NCBI GenBank assembly: GCA_030431435.1
Contig: JAUIJI010000001.1
Span: 1-61,686, forward strand
Length of the DNA stretch: 61,686 bases
Direction of reading: 5' to 3'
Source: Alphaproteobacteria bacterium
GTDB lineage: Bacteria > Pseudomonadota > Alphaproteobacteria > Sphingomonadales > Sphingomonadaceae
Shown here: positions 47,922 through 59,333 of the stretch, in pieces
Layout: each line of letters begins with the position of its first letter
How positions within the stretch are numbered: position 1 is the stretch's first letter
The notes under the pieces: model-generated
What the model was told of the DNA's origin: nothing
The model's database searches: none
Seen by the model: only the letters and a program-made list of their open reading frames with translations
Made by a program: the position numbers and the translations under genes

Positions 47922-48759
47922 CCTGAAGTATTTCGCGGGCTGTCTGCTTGCGTTGGCTACGCCCGCCGTGGGCGAAGGTGCCACTGCGCCAGTTTCCCAA
48001 GCTGCTGCCCCGCAATTGGCGCTGATGGGCACCATCCCGATCTACTGGGGTGAAGCCGACGGGCTGCAAGAGATTGTCCGGGGCGAAGCTCACGAGCATT
48101 GGGCGCGGACCCAGCTGGAGCGGGACTTCGCACTCGTTCCGCTCGACTTCCTCAGCGAAGAGGCGCTGGCGGATCAGCAATTCCTGCTGCTGGCGCAGCC
48201 GCGCGCGCTGGCTCCGGAAGAGAATGTTGCGCTGGATGCATGGGTGCGCGATGGCGGCAAGCTGCTGCTGTTCGTCGATCCGATGATGACCGGCCATTCG
48301 CGGTTCGGGATCGGGGACCGGCGTCGCCCGATGGACGTCTCGCTGCTGTCGCCGATCCTCTCGCACTGGGGCCTCGAACTGCAGTTTGACGAGGCGCAGG
48401 ATGGCGGGATGCGGATGCTCGATCATTTCGCGGTGCCGCTCCCGGCGCGTTTGCCGGGCACCTTCGTCCCGGCAGATGACCGCTTCGAGTGCGTCGTTTC
48501 GGGCGGTGGCATCCTCGCGCATTGCGCGTTCGAGGCAGGTGAGGTGCTGGCGCTGGCCGATGCCGCGATGCTCGATCTGGAAGGGCCGTATGACGGGGCT
48601 GCTGCGGGGCTGCACATGCTCACCAGCCACCTTTTCGGTCCATTCGGGGATGAAGGGGGATCGGGCCATTCAGAACAGGGGAACAGTGGGGAACACCACG
48701 CTCATTCGCCCGATTCTCACCGTCATGGGGCGCATTCGGCAGGAGTTGATCCGCCATAA
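47911..48759 (+). CDS. Exported GldG/DUF4350-like protein
   Basis: Signal peptide, LLLAQPRALAPEENVALDAWVRDGGKLLLFVDP; His-rich tail. Confidence 0.7.
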   Translation: MRTSLKYFAGCLLALATPAVGEGATAPVSQAAAPQLALMGTIPIYWGEADGLQEIVRGEAHEHWARTQLERDFALVPLDFLSEEALADQQFLLLAQPRALAPEENVALDAWVRDGGKLLLFVDPMMTGHSRFGIGDRRRPMDVSLLSPILSHWGLELQFDEAQDGGMRMLDHFAVPLPARLPGTFVPADDRFECVVSGGGILAHCAFEAGEVLALADAAMLDLEGPYDGAAAGLHMLTSHLFGPFGDEGGSGHSEQGNSGEHHAHSPDSHRHGAHSAGVDPP

Positions 48760-48835
48760 AATGACGTAAAAACAATGGATTGAAGGTCAATCCCCACTTC
48801 AAACGTAAATTCCCCTTTTCACCCGCTTTGACCCG
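48646..48835. promoter_or_regulatory. Two opposed arrays of 10-bp-phased GGG pentamers (MraZ/dcw-box-like) flanking the AT-rich dcw promoter region
   Basis: GGGGA at 48646, 48656, 48678, 48688 (+); TCCCC/ACCCG at 48791, 48811, 48821, 48831 (GGG on -). Confidence 0.55.
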
Positions 48836-48972
48836 CGTTAAGTATGGTCAATCGGAAGGCCGCCCGCGTTGCATCCTGATTCTGTGATGGATGGTCGGGC
48901 CGCGCATCTGCGCGGCGCGAACGCAGGCGCTTTGTCGATTGGTTCGGGCCCAAGCGTGGGGATTTGGGGGAA

Positions 48973-49479
48973 GTGTCGCAGTCGCCATCAGGTTATAGCG
49001 GACAGGGCTTTTCGCCACGGGGCGAGAAGGACCGGTTCGTGCTGCCTGTCAAACTGCGCAACATCATCGCCGAACGTTCCGGCCAGCGCGTGCTGTGCAT
49101 CGGCGTGCACGACAAATGGCCATGCCTCACCGGCTTCGGCAAGGATCGCGAGGAGGAGTTCGCCCGCATCCTCGACCGCGAAGAGCAGCGCGCAAGCGAC
49201 CTGAAGCAGGAATTCGACCGCGACGGTCGCTCCATGAACCTGTGGGATTTCGAGGAAGCACCGTTTGACGCGAGCGGCCGCTTCAACCTGCCGCCCGTGT
49301 CTTCCGAATTGGGCGGGATCGGTGATGCGCTCTATTTCCACGGCATTGGCGATTTCATCACCATCTGGAACCCGGATGTTCTGCTGGAGCAGGGCAATCC
49401 CATCTTCAAGGGGCCGCAGGCACGTTGCCGCGCGGAAATGGCCAAGGCTGCGGCGAAGGCAAAGGGGAAGGGCAAATGA
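48973..49479 (+). CDS. mraZ: Division/cell wall cluster transcriptional repressor MraZ (divergent)
   Basis: EKDRFVLP and [10 protein letters not shown] repeats, [13 protein letters not shown]; directly upstream of rsmH. Confidence 0.88.
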   Translation: MSQSPSGYSGQGFSPRGEKDRFVLPVKLRNIIAERSGQRVLCIGVHDKWPCLTGFGKDREEEFARILDREEQRASDLKQEFDRDGRSMNLWDFEEAPFDASGRFNLPPVSSELGGIGDALYFHGIGDFITIWNPDVLLEQGNPIFKGPQARCRAEMAKAAAKAKGKGK

Positions 49480-50438
49480 GCGCGCCCGATGTCCCGCATA
49501 TCCCCGTCCTCTTGGATGAAGTGATCGAGCAACTGCGCGTGCAGCCCGGCGATGTCGTGATCGACGCTACCTTCGGTGCGGGCGGTTACACACGCGCGCT
49601 GCTAAATGCGGGTGCCACCGTCCACGCTTTCGATCGCGATCCCGATGCCATCGAGGCTGGTTCGCAATGGCCCGAGACGCGCGAGGATCCGCCGCGACTT
49701 GTCCTCCACGCACGCCGCTTTTCCGAAATGCTCGAGGCCATGGCCGAGGTTGGCGTGGAAAAGGTGGACGGTATCGCCATGGATATCGGCGTGTCCTCGA
49801 TGCAGCTTGACCAGGCCGAGCGCGGCTTTGCCTTTTCCGCTGACGGGCCGCTCGACATGCGCATGGATCGCCAGCGCCCCAACGCCGCCGACTTCGTGAA
49901 CGAGGCGGATGAAGGCGCAATTGCCGACGTGCTCTACCAATATGGCGAGGAGCGCCAGTCGCGCCGCGTCGCCCGCGCCATTGTCGCCGCGCGCCCGCTC
50001 ACCACAACCGGCGAACTTGCCACCGTGGTGCGCAAGGCACTCGGCCACCGCCCCGGCGCTCCGAAAGACCCGGCCACCCGCAGCTTCCAGGCGATCCGCA
50101 TCCATGTGAACGGCGAGCTGGACGAGCTGACAGAGGGCCTCTGTGCTGCCGAAGCTTTGCTCAAGGAGGGCGGCCGCCTCGCCGTGGTCAGCTTCCACAG
50201 CCTTGAAGACCGTATCGTGAAGAAGTTTCTGCGCGACGCCGCAAATGCCACCCCTCGCGGCTCGCGTCATCTCCCCGAAGCGCAACCTCTCTCTCCACCG
50301 CGCTTCGGGGACCTGTCCAAGGCGATCCGCCCGTCCAAGGCAGAGATCGACCGCAACCCGCGCGCGCGCTCGTCCACCCTGCGCGCTGCGACGCGCACCG
50401 GCGCACCACCACTCCAGCGAAAGGAAAAGGCCGCATGA
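49476..50438 (+). CDS. rsmH: 16S rRNA m4C1402 methyltransferase
   Basis: [45 protein letters not shown]. Confidence 0.98.
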   Translation: MSAPDVPHIPVLLDEVIEQLRVQPGDVVIDATFGAGGYTRALLNAGATVHAFDRDPDAIEAGSQWPETREDPPRLVLHARRFSEMLEAMAEVGVEKVDGIAMDIGVSSMQLDQAERGFAFSADGPLDMRMDRQRPNAADFVNEADEGAIADVLYQYGEERQSRRVARAIVAARPLTTTGELATVVRKALGHRPGAPKDPATRSFQAIRIHVNGELDELTEGLCAAEALLKEGGRLAVVSFHSLEDRIVKKFLRDAANATPRGSRHLPEAQPLSPPRFGDLSKAIRPSKAEIDRNPRARSSTLRAATRTGAPPLQRKEKAA

Positions 50439-51007
50439 CCCCTCAAGCCCGAATCCGTCGCATGGGCTGGATTGCCCTGCTGGCGATCTGCACCGCGCTC
50501 TATGGCGTGTTGCATTTCCAGGTCTGGTCGCTCGCCAGCGAGGTGACCAAGAAGGAACGCCGCATTGTGGCGCTGGAAGAGCACAATATGCTGCTGGAAA
50601 CGGAGTTTCTCACCCGTTCCAGCCAGATGCAGCTGGCAGCGTGGAACCGTGTGGATTTCGGCTATTCCGCGCCGGATGCAGACCAGTTCATCTTCAATGA
50701 GCGCCAGTTGGGCCGCTTCGGCAACCAGCGCGCCGGTGACGCGCCAGCCCCGATCAAGGTGGCAAGTGTTTCCACCGACGAAGAGCGCACGCCATTCCCG
50801 CGCCTTGTCTCGCCAATTACCGGCAAGCCGCTGGATGCCGCGCTAATCGAGCCGGTGAAGCCTGAGAGCGACAGCGGTGAGACAATCGTCTCGACACTGG
50901 CACAGCAGACTGCGCGCATCCCCATGTCCGCCGCACAGGATTCCTCCTCGGGTGGTGCTGCCTCTGCTGCAACCGTTCGCGTGATGCTGGGAGGCCCGGG
51001 ACAGTGA
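50435..51007 (+). CDS. ftsL: FtsL-like cell division protein with a C-terminal extension
   Basis: One TM plus coiled coil; position between rsmH and ftsI. Confidence 0.7.
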   Translation: MTPQARIRRMGWIALLAICTALYGVLHFQVWSLASEVTKKERRIVALEEHNMLLETEFLTRSSQMQLAAWNRVDFGYSAPDADQFIFNERQLGRFGNQRAGDAPAPIKVASVSTDEERTPFPRLVSPITGKPLDAALIEPVKPESDSGETIVSTLAQQTARIPMSAAQDSSSGGAASAATVRVMLGGPGQ

Positions 51008-52761
51008 CGGCACTCGCCGCTCCGACGCCGATTGGCCCAGGGCGCATCCGCCTCGTAGATTTCCGTCGCCGCTCGCTGCTGATGGCGCGCTTTCGCGTGC
51101 TCCTCATCGGTTTCGTCTTCCTGCTGATCGCCTTTGCCGCGCTGATGCGCATCGTCTGGCTGGGTGCGGTGCAGCCCGCGCCTAATGAAACCACCATGGC
51201 CGAGGCCTTGCTGCCACCACGCGGCGAGATCACTGACCGCAATGGCGTACCGCTGGCGCGTGCCTTCCCCGCCTATGCGCTGTGGTACAATCCACGCGCG
51301 ATGGATGATGGCGGTCCGCCGCTGGTGAAGTCTCCCGAACAGGTTGCACAGGAATTGCAGGCCATTTTTCCGGATCTCGACGTGGTGGATACCGCGAAGA
51401 AGTTGCGCGAAGGCCGCCCCACCTACTTGCGCCGCCGCGTGCTTCCCGAAGATGCCAACCGCGTGATGGAGATCGGTGAACTGGCGCTGGAAATGCCGCG
51501 CGAGACCGACAGGCACTATCCTCAGGGGTCGCTCGCCTCGCATGTGCTGGGTTATGTCCAGGACGACAAGGGCCATATCGGTATGGAGCAGGTCCTCAAT
51601 GACCGGTTGACCGATCCCGCCTATCGCGGTGAGGCTGTGCCCCTTTCCATCGACGTGCGCGTGCAGGGCGCGCTGGAAGACGAATTGCATCGCGGCATGC
51701 GGTCAGTGAACGCTGTCGGTGCCGCTGGTCTGGTGCTGGATGTCGATACCGGTGAAGTGCTGGCCATGGCATCCTTCCCGGAATTCGACCCGAACAAGGT
51801 CACCCGCGACGATCTGATCCGGACGCAGGAAATGGTCGACGCTGGCGTCATGCCCGCCAGCTTCAACCGCGTGACCAACCAGGTTTACGAGCTTGGTTCG
51901 ATCTTCAAGCCTTTGACCGTGGCGGCTGCCATCGATGCCGGTTCCATCACGGACCTTTCGCGCCGCTACCAGGCCAACCGCCCGCTGCGCATTGGCAAGC
52001 AGACCATCAACGACAGCCATGTTATCGGCGCGTCGCTCAACGCCCCGCAGTCGCTGATCCATTCGTCCAACATCGTGACCGGCCAGATTGCTGACGAATT
52101 GGGCGCTGACGTCCTCAAGCGCTACATGACCGATCTCGGCATGGGCGAAGCACCCTATATCGAATTGCCCGGTCGCGGTGCGCCGCTGTCCTATGGCGGG
52201 GAATGGTCGCGGCTCAAGGGCATGACGGTTGGCTTCGGCCACGGCATCGCGGTGACGCCGCTGCACCTGGGTTCGGCCTATGCGGCGATGGTCAATGGCG
52301 GCATCTGGCGCCCGGCTACGCTGATGCGCGTGGAGCCAGGCCACGAGCCGCGCGGCCGCCGCGTGTTCAAGGCCAGCACCAGCGCGCGCATGAACCAGCT
52401 GCTCCGCATGATCGCGGTGTACGGCACGGGCCGCAACGCCGATGCCCCTGGCTTCCGCGTGGGAGGCAAGACAGGTTCAGCCGAAAAGCCCAAGAATGGC
52501 TCTTACGCCCGCACCTCGCTGGTCTCCACCTTCGCGGCGGCCTTCCCGATGGACAAGCCGCGCTACGTCGTGATTGCCATGCTGGACGAACCCAAGGGCA
52601 CCGTCGCCAGCTCCTACCAGCGCACCGCTGCATGGAATGCCGCGCCGGTTGTAGGCCGCCTGATCCCGCGCATCGGCCCGCAACTGGGCGTGATGCCGGA
52701 TGAAAGCCGCGATATCGATCTTGCCGAATTGCAATATCTCGTCGGGGGCGAAGCACACTGA
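51004..52761 (+). CDS. ftsI: Penicillin-binding protein 3 (septal transpeptidase)
   Basis: RGEITDRNG, SxxK in YELGSIFK, SSN, KTG. Confidence 0.96.
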   Translation: MTALAAPTPIGPGRIRLVDFRRRSLLMARFRVLLIGFVFLLIAFAALMRIVWLGAVQPAPNETTMAEALLPPRGEITDRNGVPLARAFPAYALWYNPRAMDDGGPPLVKSPEQVAQELQAIFPDLDVVDTAKKLREGRPTYLRRRVLPEDANRVMEIGELALEMPRETDRHYPQGSLASHVLGYVQDDKGHIGMEQVLNDRLTDPAYRGEAVPLSIDVRVQGALEDELHRGMRSVNAVGAAGLVLDVDTGEVLAMASFPEFDPNKVTRDDLIRTQEMVDAGVMPASFNRVTNQVYELGSIFKPLTVAAAIDAGSITDLSRRYQANRPLRIGKQTINDSHVIGASLNAPQSLIHSSNIVTGQIADELGADVLKRYMTDLGMGEAPYIELPGRGAPLSYGGEWSRLKGMTVGFGHGIAVTPLHLGSAYAAMVNGGIWRPATLMRVEPGHEPRGRRVFKASTSARMNQLLRMIAVYGTGRNADAPGFRVGGKTGSAEKPKNGSYARTSLVSTFAAAFPMDKPRYVVIAMLDEPKGTVASSYQRTAAWNAAPVVGRLIPRIGPQLGVMPDESRDIDLAELQYLVGGEAH

Positions 52762-54233
52762 TGCGCTTGTCCGACCTTGCCAGCATGATGGAGATTGATG
52801 CCGGCACGTCGGGTGATGCTGTCGTGACCGGCTTTGCCATCGACAACCGCCAGGTGGCTCCTGGCAATGTCTTCGGTGCGTTCGCAGGGACACAGGTGAA
52901 TGGCGAGGACTTCATCCCCGCTGCCATCGCGGCGGGGGCGATTGCCGTGGTCGCCCGGCCGGAAGCGAGGGTGGAAGGCGCGCTGCACATCGCTGACCCG
53001 ATGCCAAGACGCGCTTTTGCCCGCCTGGCTGCCGGATTCTACTCACCGGTTCCAGCCAATGTAGTCGCTGTCACGGGGACCAACGGAAAGACCTCCACGG
53101 TGGAGATGACGCGCCAGATCTGGCGCATGTGCGGCCATTCAGCCGCATCGATCGGCACGCTGGGCGTCACCACTCCGGACGAGAGCGTTTCCACCGGCCT
53201 GACCACGCCCGATATCGTCACCTTCCTGTCCAACATGACGGGCCTTGCCCGCGAAGGTGTGACGCATGTCGCCTATGAGGCATCGAGCCACGGCCTCTCG
53301 CAATATCGCAACGAAGGACTGCCGGTGATGGCTGGCGCCTTCACCAACCTCAGCCGCGACCATCTCGATTACCATCCGGACATGGACGACTATTTCGCGG
53401 CCAAGATGCGGCTGTTCACCGAAGTGGTCGACGAAGGCGGCGTGGCCGTCATCTGGGCGGATGATGAATGGTCCGACCGGGCAGAGGAAGCGGCGAAGAA
53501 GCGCGGCCTCAAGCTGTTCACCGTGGGCGAGGCAGGCAAGGGCATCCGCCTGATTTCGCGCAAGCCCGGCGCCTTGGGGCAGGAAGTTAAGGTTGTTTGT
53601 GAAGGACAGGCCTTTGCCTTCCGCTTGCCGCTGATCGGGTCCTACCAGGTGGCCAATGCACTGGTTGCCGCCGGCCTTGCGCTGGCGAGCGGTTGCGGGG
53701 CAGCGCAGGTGTTTGATGCGGTCAGCCGGTTGCAGCCCGTTCGCGGACGGCTGGAGCGCGCTGCGATCACCAAGGCAGGCGCGCCGGTCTATGTCGATTA
53801 CGCACACACGCCCGATGCGCTTGAGGCAGCGATTGCGGCTTTGCGCCCGCATGTTTCGGGCCGCCTGATCACCGTGTTCGGCGCCGGCGGAGATCGCGAC
53901 CAGGGCAAGCGCGCGCCGATGGGCGCGGTGGCGGTAGAGGGATCCGAGCTTGTCTTCGTGACAGACGACAACCCGCGCGGCGAAGATCCGGCCAGCATTC
54001 GCGCTGCCGTGATGCAGGGCGCAACCGGTGCAACCGAGATCGGCGACAGGCGCAAGGCCATCGCTGCGGCTATCGCGGCAGCAGAAGCGAAGGATATCGT
54101 ACTGGTCGCTGGCAAGGGCCATGAACAGGGGCAGATCATCGGCGCGGGAGCAGATGCGCGCGTCCTGCCATTCGATGATGTAACGGTTGCGCGCGAATGC
54201 GCCGCCGGACTTCCGGGAGCACATGGGGCATGA
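52761..54233 (+). CDS. murE: UDP-MurNAc-tripeptide synthetase (meso-DAP adding)
   Basis: TGTNGKTS, EASSHG, DHLDYH, DYAHTPD, DNPR. Confidence 0.97.
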   Translation: MRLSDLASMMEIDAGTSGDAVVTGFAIDNRQVAPGNVFGAFAGTQVNGEDFIPAAIAAGAIAVVARPEARVEGALHIADPMPRRAFARLAAGFYSPVPANVVAVTGTNGKTSTVEMTRQIWRMCGHSAASIGTLGVTTPDESVSTGLTTPDIVTFLSNMTGLAREGVTHVAYEASSHGLSQYRNEGLPVMAGAFTNLSRDHLDYHPDMDDYFAAKMRLFTEVVDEGGVAVIWADDEWSDRAEEAAKKRGLKLFTVGEAGKGIRLISRKPGALGQEVKVVCEGQAFAFRLPLIGSYQVANALVAAGLALASGCGAAQVFDAVSRLQPVRGRLERAAITKAGAPVYVDYAHTPDALEAAIAALRPHVSGRLITVFGAGGDRDQGKRAPMGAVAVEGSELVFVTDDNPRGEDPASIRAAVMQGATGATEIGDRRKAIAAAIAAAEAKDIVLVAGKGHEQGQIIGAGADARVLPFDDVTVARECAAGLPGAHGA

Positions 54234-55687
54234 ATGCAGTCGCACAGGTTTTGCGCTGGCCAAAGGAGCAGGCAGACCGCCTGCGCCACGCCTTGTGGAC
54301 CTCTGCCGAGATCGCGGCGGCCACTGGCGGGACTGCTTATGGTGAATTCCAGGTTAGCGGCGTCGAAATGGACTCGCGCGATGTGCGCAGCGGGGACCTG
54401 TTCATTGCCCTGAAGGGCGAGGCGATGGACGGGCACAAGTTCGTCGACAAGGCCTTCGCCAATGGCGCGGTGGCTGCCTTGGTGGATCGCCCTGTCGATT
54501 ACCCGCACGTGCTGGTAGAAGATACCTCAAGTGCACTTGAGGCTTTGGCGAAGGCAGCGCGTGCGCGGGCCAATGCGAAGATTATCGGTGTCACCGGTTC
54601 TGTTGGCAAGACAGGCGTGAAGGAAGCAATCTTCGCATCGCTTGAGAGGTGCAGCCGCGGCACGGCGCATCGCTCCATCCGGTCCTACAACAACCATGTC
54701 GGCGTGCCATTGAGTCTGTCACGCATGGCTCCGCGTTCCAGCTATGGCGTGTTCGAGATGGGCATGAACCATGCAGGAGAGATTTCCGGCCTAACCGCGC
54801 AGGTGCGCCCGCATGTCGCCGTGATCACCACCATCGCCCCCGCCCATATCGAGAACCTCGGCAGCGAAGAAGCGATTGCCGATGCCAAGGCAGAAATCTT
54901 CGAAGGCCTGCAGACAGGCGGCACTGCGGTGATCCCTGCCGACAGCCCGCATTTCGAACGCTTGCTGGCGGCAGCACGCAAGGCCGGGGCCAGGGTGGTC
55001 TCGTTCGGCCGGTCCGATCATGCGGATATGCGCCTGCTCGATGCCATTCCCGATGCCAATGGCGGATCGCTGGTGACAGCGGCGATGGGAGACCAGCGGC
55101 TGTGCTACAGCGTTGCCGAACCCGGTGAGCACTGGATTTCCAATTCGCTTTGCGTGATGGCGGCTGTCCATGCAGCGGGCGGAGACCTTGGCGCAGCGGG
55201 CCTTGCGCTGGCCGGAATGGGCGGCCTCAAGGGGCGCGGTGCACGGCTGAAGGCGGCGGTGCCCGGTGGCCACGCCCTGATCGTGGATGAAAGCTACAAC
55301 GCCAATCCGGCATCCATGCGCGCCACGCTGGCGCAGCTGGGTCAGACACCGGCCACCCGCCGCGTTGCCGTACTCGGTGCGATGAAGGAACTTGGCGAAT
55401 TCGGCCCTGCCTTCCATGCCCAGCTGGCTGGTCCACTGCTTGATGCCAATGTCGATTATGCCGTTCTGGTGGGGCCGGAAATGGTCGCCCTCGCGCGGGA
55501 ACTGGGGAAAGGGCAGGCGAACACGCTTGGCAAGCCCTTGCACTTTGCCCAATGCGAAAATGCGGGTGAAGCGATAGCTGCGCTGGAAGAATTCGGGCTC
55601 GCTGGCGGCGATGCCGTGCTGGTGAAGGGATCGAATTCTGTCGGGCTGTCGCGCCTGGTGGCGCATTTTGGCGCCAGGGAAGGCTGA
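54230..55687 (+). CDS. murF: UDP-MurNAc-tripeptide--D-Ala-D-Ala ligase
   Basis: TGSVGKT, YNNHVGVP, EMGMNH, DESYNANP, LVKGS. Confidence 0.97.
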   Translation: MNAVAQVLRWPKEQADRLRHALWTSAEIAAATGGTAYGEFQVSGVEMDSRDVRSGDLFIALKGEAMDGHKFVDKAFANGAVAALVDRPVDYPHVLVEDTSSALEALAKAARARANAKIIGVTGSVGKTGVKEAIFASLERCSRGTAHRSIRSYNNHVGVPLSLSRMAPRSSYGVFEMGMNHAGEISGLTAQVRPHVAVITTIAPAHIENLGSEEAIADAKAEIFEGLQTGGTAVIPADSPHFERLLAAARKAGARVVSFGRSDHADMRLLDAIPDANGGSLVTAAMGDQRLCYSVAEPGEHWISNSLCVMAAVHAAGGDLGAAGLALAGMGGLKGRGARLKAAVPGGHALIVDESYNANPASMRATLAQLGQTPATRRVAVLGAMKELGEFGPAFHAQLAGPLLDANVDYAVLVGPEMVALARELGKGQANTLGKPLHFAQCENAGEAIAALEEFGLAGGDAVLVKGSNSVGLSRLVAHFGAREG

Positions 55688-55699
55688 TAGCATAGGGCG

Positions 55700-56770
55700 A
55701 TGCTGTATTTTCTAGCGGAACTGTTCGAATTTGACGGGTTACTGAACCTCATCCGGTACCAGACCTTCCGCGCCGGTGCGGCAATGATGACCGCGCTGCT
55801 GATCGGACTGGTGATCGGCCCGAAGTTCATCGCCATGCTGCGCGTGCGCCAAGGCAAGGGCCAACCGATCCGCTCGGACGGACCGGCATCGCACCAGACC
55901 AAGGTCGGCACGCCGACGATGGGCGGGCTGATGATCCTCACTTCGCTGGTCCTATCGATGTTCCTGTGGATGGATCTGGGCAATCCCTTCGTCTGGGCCT
56001 GCATCGCCGTGTGCCTCGGCTTCGGCGTGATCGGCTTCCTCGACGATCTCGACAAGGTGACGAAGGGGAGCCACAAGGGCCTGTCCGGCAAGGTGCGCCT
56101 GCTGGCGGAGTTCATCGTGGCGGGCATTGCCGCCTACCTGATCGTGGGAGAGATCAGCACCGATCTCTACGTGCCCTTCTTCAGTGACCGTGTGATCCCG
56201 CTGGGGCCGTTCTATTACCTGTTCGCCGCGACGGTGATCGTCGGCATGGGCAATGCCGTGAACCTGACCGACGGGCTGGACGGGCTCGCCACCATGCCGG
56301 TGGTGATCGCTGCGGGTGCCTTCATGATCATCTGCTACCTCGTCGGCCGCGTCGACTATTCCGAATATCTCGGCATTCCGCACGTGCCCTTTGCTGGCGA
56401 GCTGGCGTTGTTCTGTGCCGCGATCATGGGAGCGGGCCTTGCCTTCCTGTGGTTCAACGCGCCGCCTGCCGCCGTGTTCATGGGCGATACCGGCAGCCTC
56501 GCACTGGGCGGTGCCTTGGGCGCGGTCGCCGTGGCGAGCCATCACGAGATCGTGCTGCTGATCATCGGCGGGCTGTTCGTGATGGAGACCGCATCGGTCA
56601 TCATCCAGGTCTTCTGGTTCAAGCGCACCGGCAGGCGCGTGTTCCGCATGGCTCCCATTCACCACCATTTCGAACAGCTCGGCTGGAAGGAATCGACGGT
56701 GGTGATCCGTTTCTGGATCATCGCCATCGTCCTTGCGGTCATCGGTCTGGCAACGTTGAAGCTCAGGTGA
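55700..56770 (+). CDS. mraY: Phospho-MurNAc-pentapeptide transferase
   Basis: [33 protein letters not shown]. Confidence 0.98.
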   Translation: MLYFLAELFEFDGLLNLIRYQTFRAGAAMMTALLIGLVIGPKFIAMLRVRQGKGQPIRSDGPASHQTKVGTPTMGGLMILTSLVLSMFLWMDLGNPFVWACIAVCLGFGVIGFLDDLDKVTKGSHKGLSGKVRLLAEFIVAGIAAYLIVGEISTDLYVPFFSDRVIPLGPFYYLFAATVIVGMGNAVNLTDGLDGLATMPVVIAAGAFMIICYLVGRVDYSEYLGIPHVPFAGELALFCAAIMGAGLAFLWFNAPPAAVFMGDTGSLALGGALGAVAVASHHEIVLLIIGGLFVMETASVIIQVFWFKRTGRRVFRMAPIHHHFEQLGWKESTVVIRFWIIAIVLAVIGLATLKLR

Positions 56771-58113
56771 TCACGGCACGCGTCTTCTCTGGCAGGAAAT
56801 ACGCCGTCCTCGGCCTCGCCCGTTCGGGCATGGCGGTGGTGGAAAGCCTGCTGGCGAGCGGCGCACAGGTGACAGCATGGGACAGGCAGGACAACGCACG
56901 AGAAGCGCTGGCGGGCCGTTGCACCATCGCCGATCCGATGGAGATCGGCCTTGCGGGTTTCGATGCCATCGTGGTGTCCCCCGGAGTTCCGCTCAACACC
57001 CATCCGCTGACTGCGAAGGCCAAGGCCGCAGGCGTGCCAATCATCGGAGATATCGAGCTGTTCGCGCAGGCCCAGCCGGAATTGCCCGAACATTTCGTGG
57101 TCGGCATCACCGGCACCAATGGCAAATCCACCACCACCGCGCTGGTGCATCACATCCTCAAGGAAGCCGGGGTCAACACTGTCATGGGCGGCAACATCGG
57201 CCTGCCGATCATGGCGCAGGATCCGCTGGAGCCGAACGACCAGGGCCTGCCCGTCTATGTGCTCGAGCTTTCCAGCTACCAGATCGACCTGACTTACACG
57301 CTTGCCTGCAAGGTAGCTGCCCTGCTCAACATCACGCCCGATCACCTTGATCGTTACGAGAGTTTCGATGCCTATGCCGCCAGCAAGGCGCGGCTGATGG
57401 ACATGCTAGGCCCCTTCGGCGTGTCGCTGCTGCCGACTTCTGCCGAGGACATTCCGCCGATCGCCGAATTTCGCGACAAGCGCGGCCCCTACGAGTGGAT
57501 CGGACCGCCCTACGATGACAGCAACCAGGCGGACTGGCCGTCGCTGCAGGGTCCGCACAACCTCGAGAATGCGACCTTTGCCAGCCACATCTGCGGCGAG
57601 CTCTTCCTGAGCAATGGCGACATCGCCAATGGCCTGCGCACATACCCGGGCCTGCCGCACCGCATGGAAGTGCTTGGCACCTTCGATGGCGTGCTGGTGA
57701 TCAACGATTCCAAGGCGACTAACCCGGCTTCCACCGCGCCCGCGCTCGCCGCATGGCCTGCAGAGGATGGCCACAAGCGTATCCACTGGATCTGCGGCGG
57801 CCTCGCCAAGACCGACAATCTCGACGAATGCGCGCCGCATTTCGGCAACATTGCAGCCGCCTACACCATTGGCGAAGCAGCTGCGCTTTTCGGCGAGTTG
57901 CTCGCACCGCACATGAAGGTGGAGGCCTGCGAGATGCTGTGTGAAGCTGCTGATCGCGCGCTCAAGGCAGCAAAACCGGGTGACGTTGTGATGCTGTCGC
58001 CCGCATGCGCCAGTTTTGACCAGTTCCGCGATTACGAAGTGCGCGGGGATACCTTCCGCGAGATTGTCGCCCGCCTGACCAATACGCCGATCAAGGAAAG
58101 GTCTGCGGTATGA
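56767..58113 (+). CDS. murD: UDP-MurNAc-L-Ala--D-Glu ligase
   Basis: [44 protein letters not shown]. Confidence 0.97.
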   Translation: MITARVFSGRKYAVLGLARSGMAVVESLLASGAQVTAWDRQDNAREALAGRCTIADPMEIGLAGFDAIVVSPGVPLNTHPLTAKAKAAGVPIIGDIELFAQAQPELPEHFVVGITGTNGKSTTTALVHHILKEAGVNTVMGGNIGLPIMAQDPLEPNDQGLPVYVLELSSYQIDLTYTLACKVAALLNITPDHLDRYESFDAYAASKARLMDMLGPFGVSLLPTSAEDIPPIAEFRDKRGPYEWIGPPYDDSNQADWPSLQGPHNLENATFASHICGELFLSNGDIANGLRTYPGLPHRMEVLGTFDGVLVINDSKATNPASTAPALAAWPAEDGHKRIHWICGGLAKTDNLDECAPHFGNIAAAYTIGEAAALFGELLAPHMKVEACEMLCEAADRALKAAKPGDVVMLSPACASFDQFRDYEVRGDTFREIVARLTNTPIKERSAV

Positions 58114-59333
58114 ACGGCGCGCGGCCCTATGTCCCCAATGCGGGCAAGCGGATCGAACCACCGCGCCCCTATGCCAATGATCGCAAGCGCCAGCTGCTGA
58201 TCTGGTGGCGCGAGATCGATCGCTGGCTGCTGGCTCTGGTGCTGGGGCTGATGGTGCTCGGTTCTATCGCGGTCATGGCGGCGTCGCCTGCCAGCGCCAA
58301 CCGTCTTTCAACCAGCGATGTCACACTGGATGAGCTGTATTTCTTCATGCTGCATATACGCTGGCAAGTGCTTGGCGTGTGCGTCTTGATCGCCACTTCG
58401 CTGTTGCCGCAGGAACTGGCACGGCGCGGGGCAATCCTGCTGGGCGCGGCGATGCTGTTCGCGCTGCTGCTGGTTCCCTTCTTCGGGTTCGAGCGCAATG
58501 GCGCTACCCGCTGGATTGATCTGGGCATTGCCTTCCAGCCATCGGAATTCCTCAAGCCTGCCTTTGCCGTGTTGCTCGCATGGATCCTCTCCTGGAAGGT
58601 GCGCGACCCGAGCCTGCCGGTGATCTATGTGACGGGGGGACTGCTGGGCTTTATCGTTATCCTCTTGATGCTGCAGCCCAACCTAGGCGCGGCAATCCTG
58701 TTCGTCGGCTGCTGGTTCGTGCTGGTGATGCTGGCAGGCCTGCCGATGAAGCGCATCTTCACGCTGACCGGCGCGGGAGTGGCGGCGCTTGTGCTCGCCT
58801 ATATTTTCTACGGCAATGCCCGCAACCGCATCGACGCTTTCTTCGGTGGCGGCACGGCCTATGACCAGGTGGACCTTGCCAGCCGCACCTTGATGGGTGG
58901 CGGATGGACCGGAACGGGCCTTGGCCTGGGCAGCAACAAGATGCGCCTGCCCGAAGCGCATACGGACTATATCTTCTCCGTCATCGGCGAGGAGTTCGGC
59001 CTGCTCGCCTGCGGCGTGTTCGTGGTGCTCTACCTCGCCATTATCCTGCGCGTTCTGGTGCGGCTGGTGGATGAAGACCGGCTGTTCATCATCCTTGCAG
59101 CCAGCGGGCTTATTGCGCTGTTCGGGGGGCAGGCCTTCATCAACATCCTGATGAACCTGCAGCTTTTCCCCTCCAAAGGCATGACGCTGCCTTTGGTCAG
59201 CTATGGTGGTTCGTCTACCATTGCGCAGTGTTTCACCATCGGGCTGTTGCTGGCGATCACCCGCCGCAACCCCTATCTCAGCCGGGAGCCATTCGCGATG
59301 GATCGCAAGCCGGCAAAGGGGATCAGGAAATGA
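58110..59333 (+). CDS. ftsW: SEDS peptidoglycan polymerase FtsW
   Basis: NGATRW, QPSEFLK, PEAHTDYIFS..GEE, PSKGMTLPLVSYGGSS. Confidence 0.96.
   Translation: MNGARPYVPNAGKRIEPPRPYANDRKRQLLIWWREIDRWLLALVLGLMVLGSIAVMAASPASANRLSTSDVTLDELYFFMLHIRWQVLGVCVLIATSLLPQELARRGAILLGAAMLFALLLVPFFGFERNGATRWIDLGIAFQPSEFLKPAFAVLLAWILSWKVRDPSLPVIYVTGGLLGFIVILLMLQPNLGAAILFVGCWFVLVMLAGLPMKRIFTLTGAGVAALVLAYIFYGNARNRIDAFFGGGTAYDQVDLASRTLMGGGWTGTGLGLGSNKMRLPEAHTDYIFSVIGEEFGLLACGVFVVLYLAIILRVLVRLVDEDRLFIILAASGLIALFGGQAFINILMNLQLFPSKGMTLPLVSYGGSSTIAQCFTIGLLLAITRRNPYLSREPFAMDRKPAKGIRK

Noticed and set aside
48673-48694. GAAC repeats as an alphaproteobacterial LexA box
   Set aside because: Spacers are N4 and N6, not the GAAC-N7-GAAC consensus
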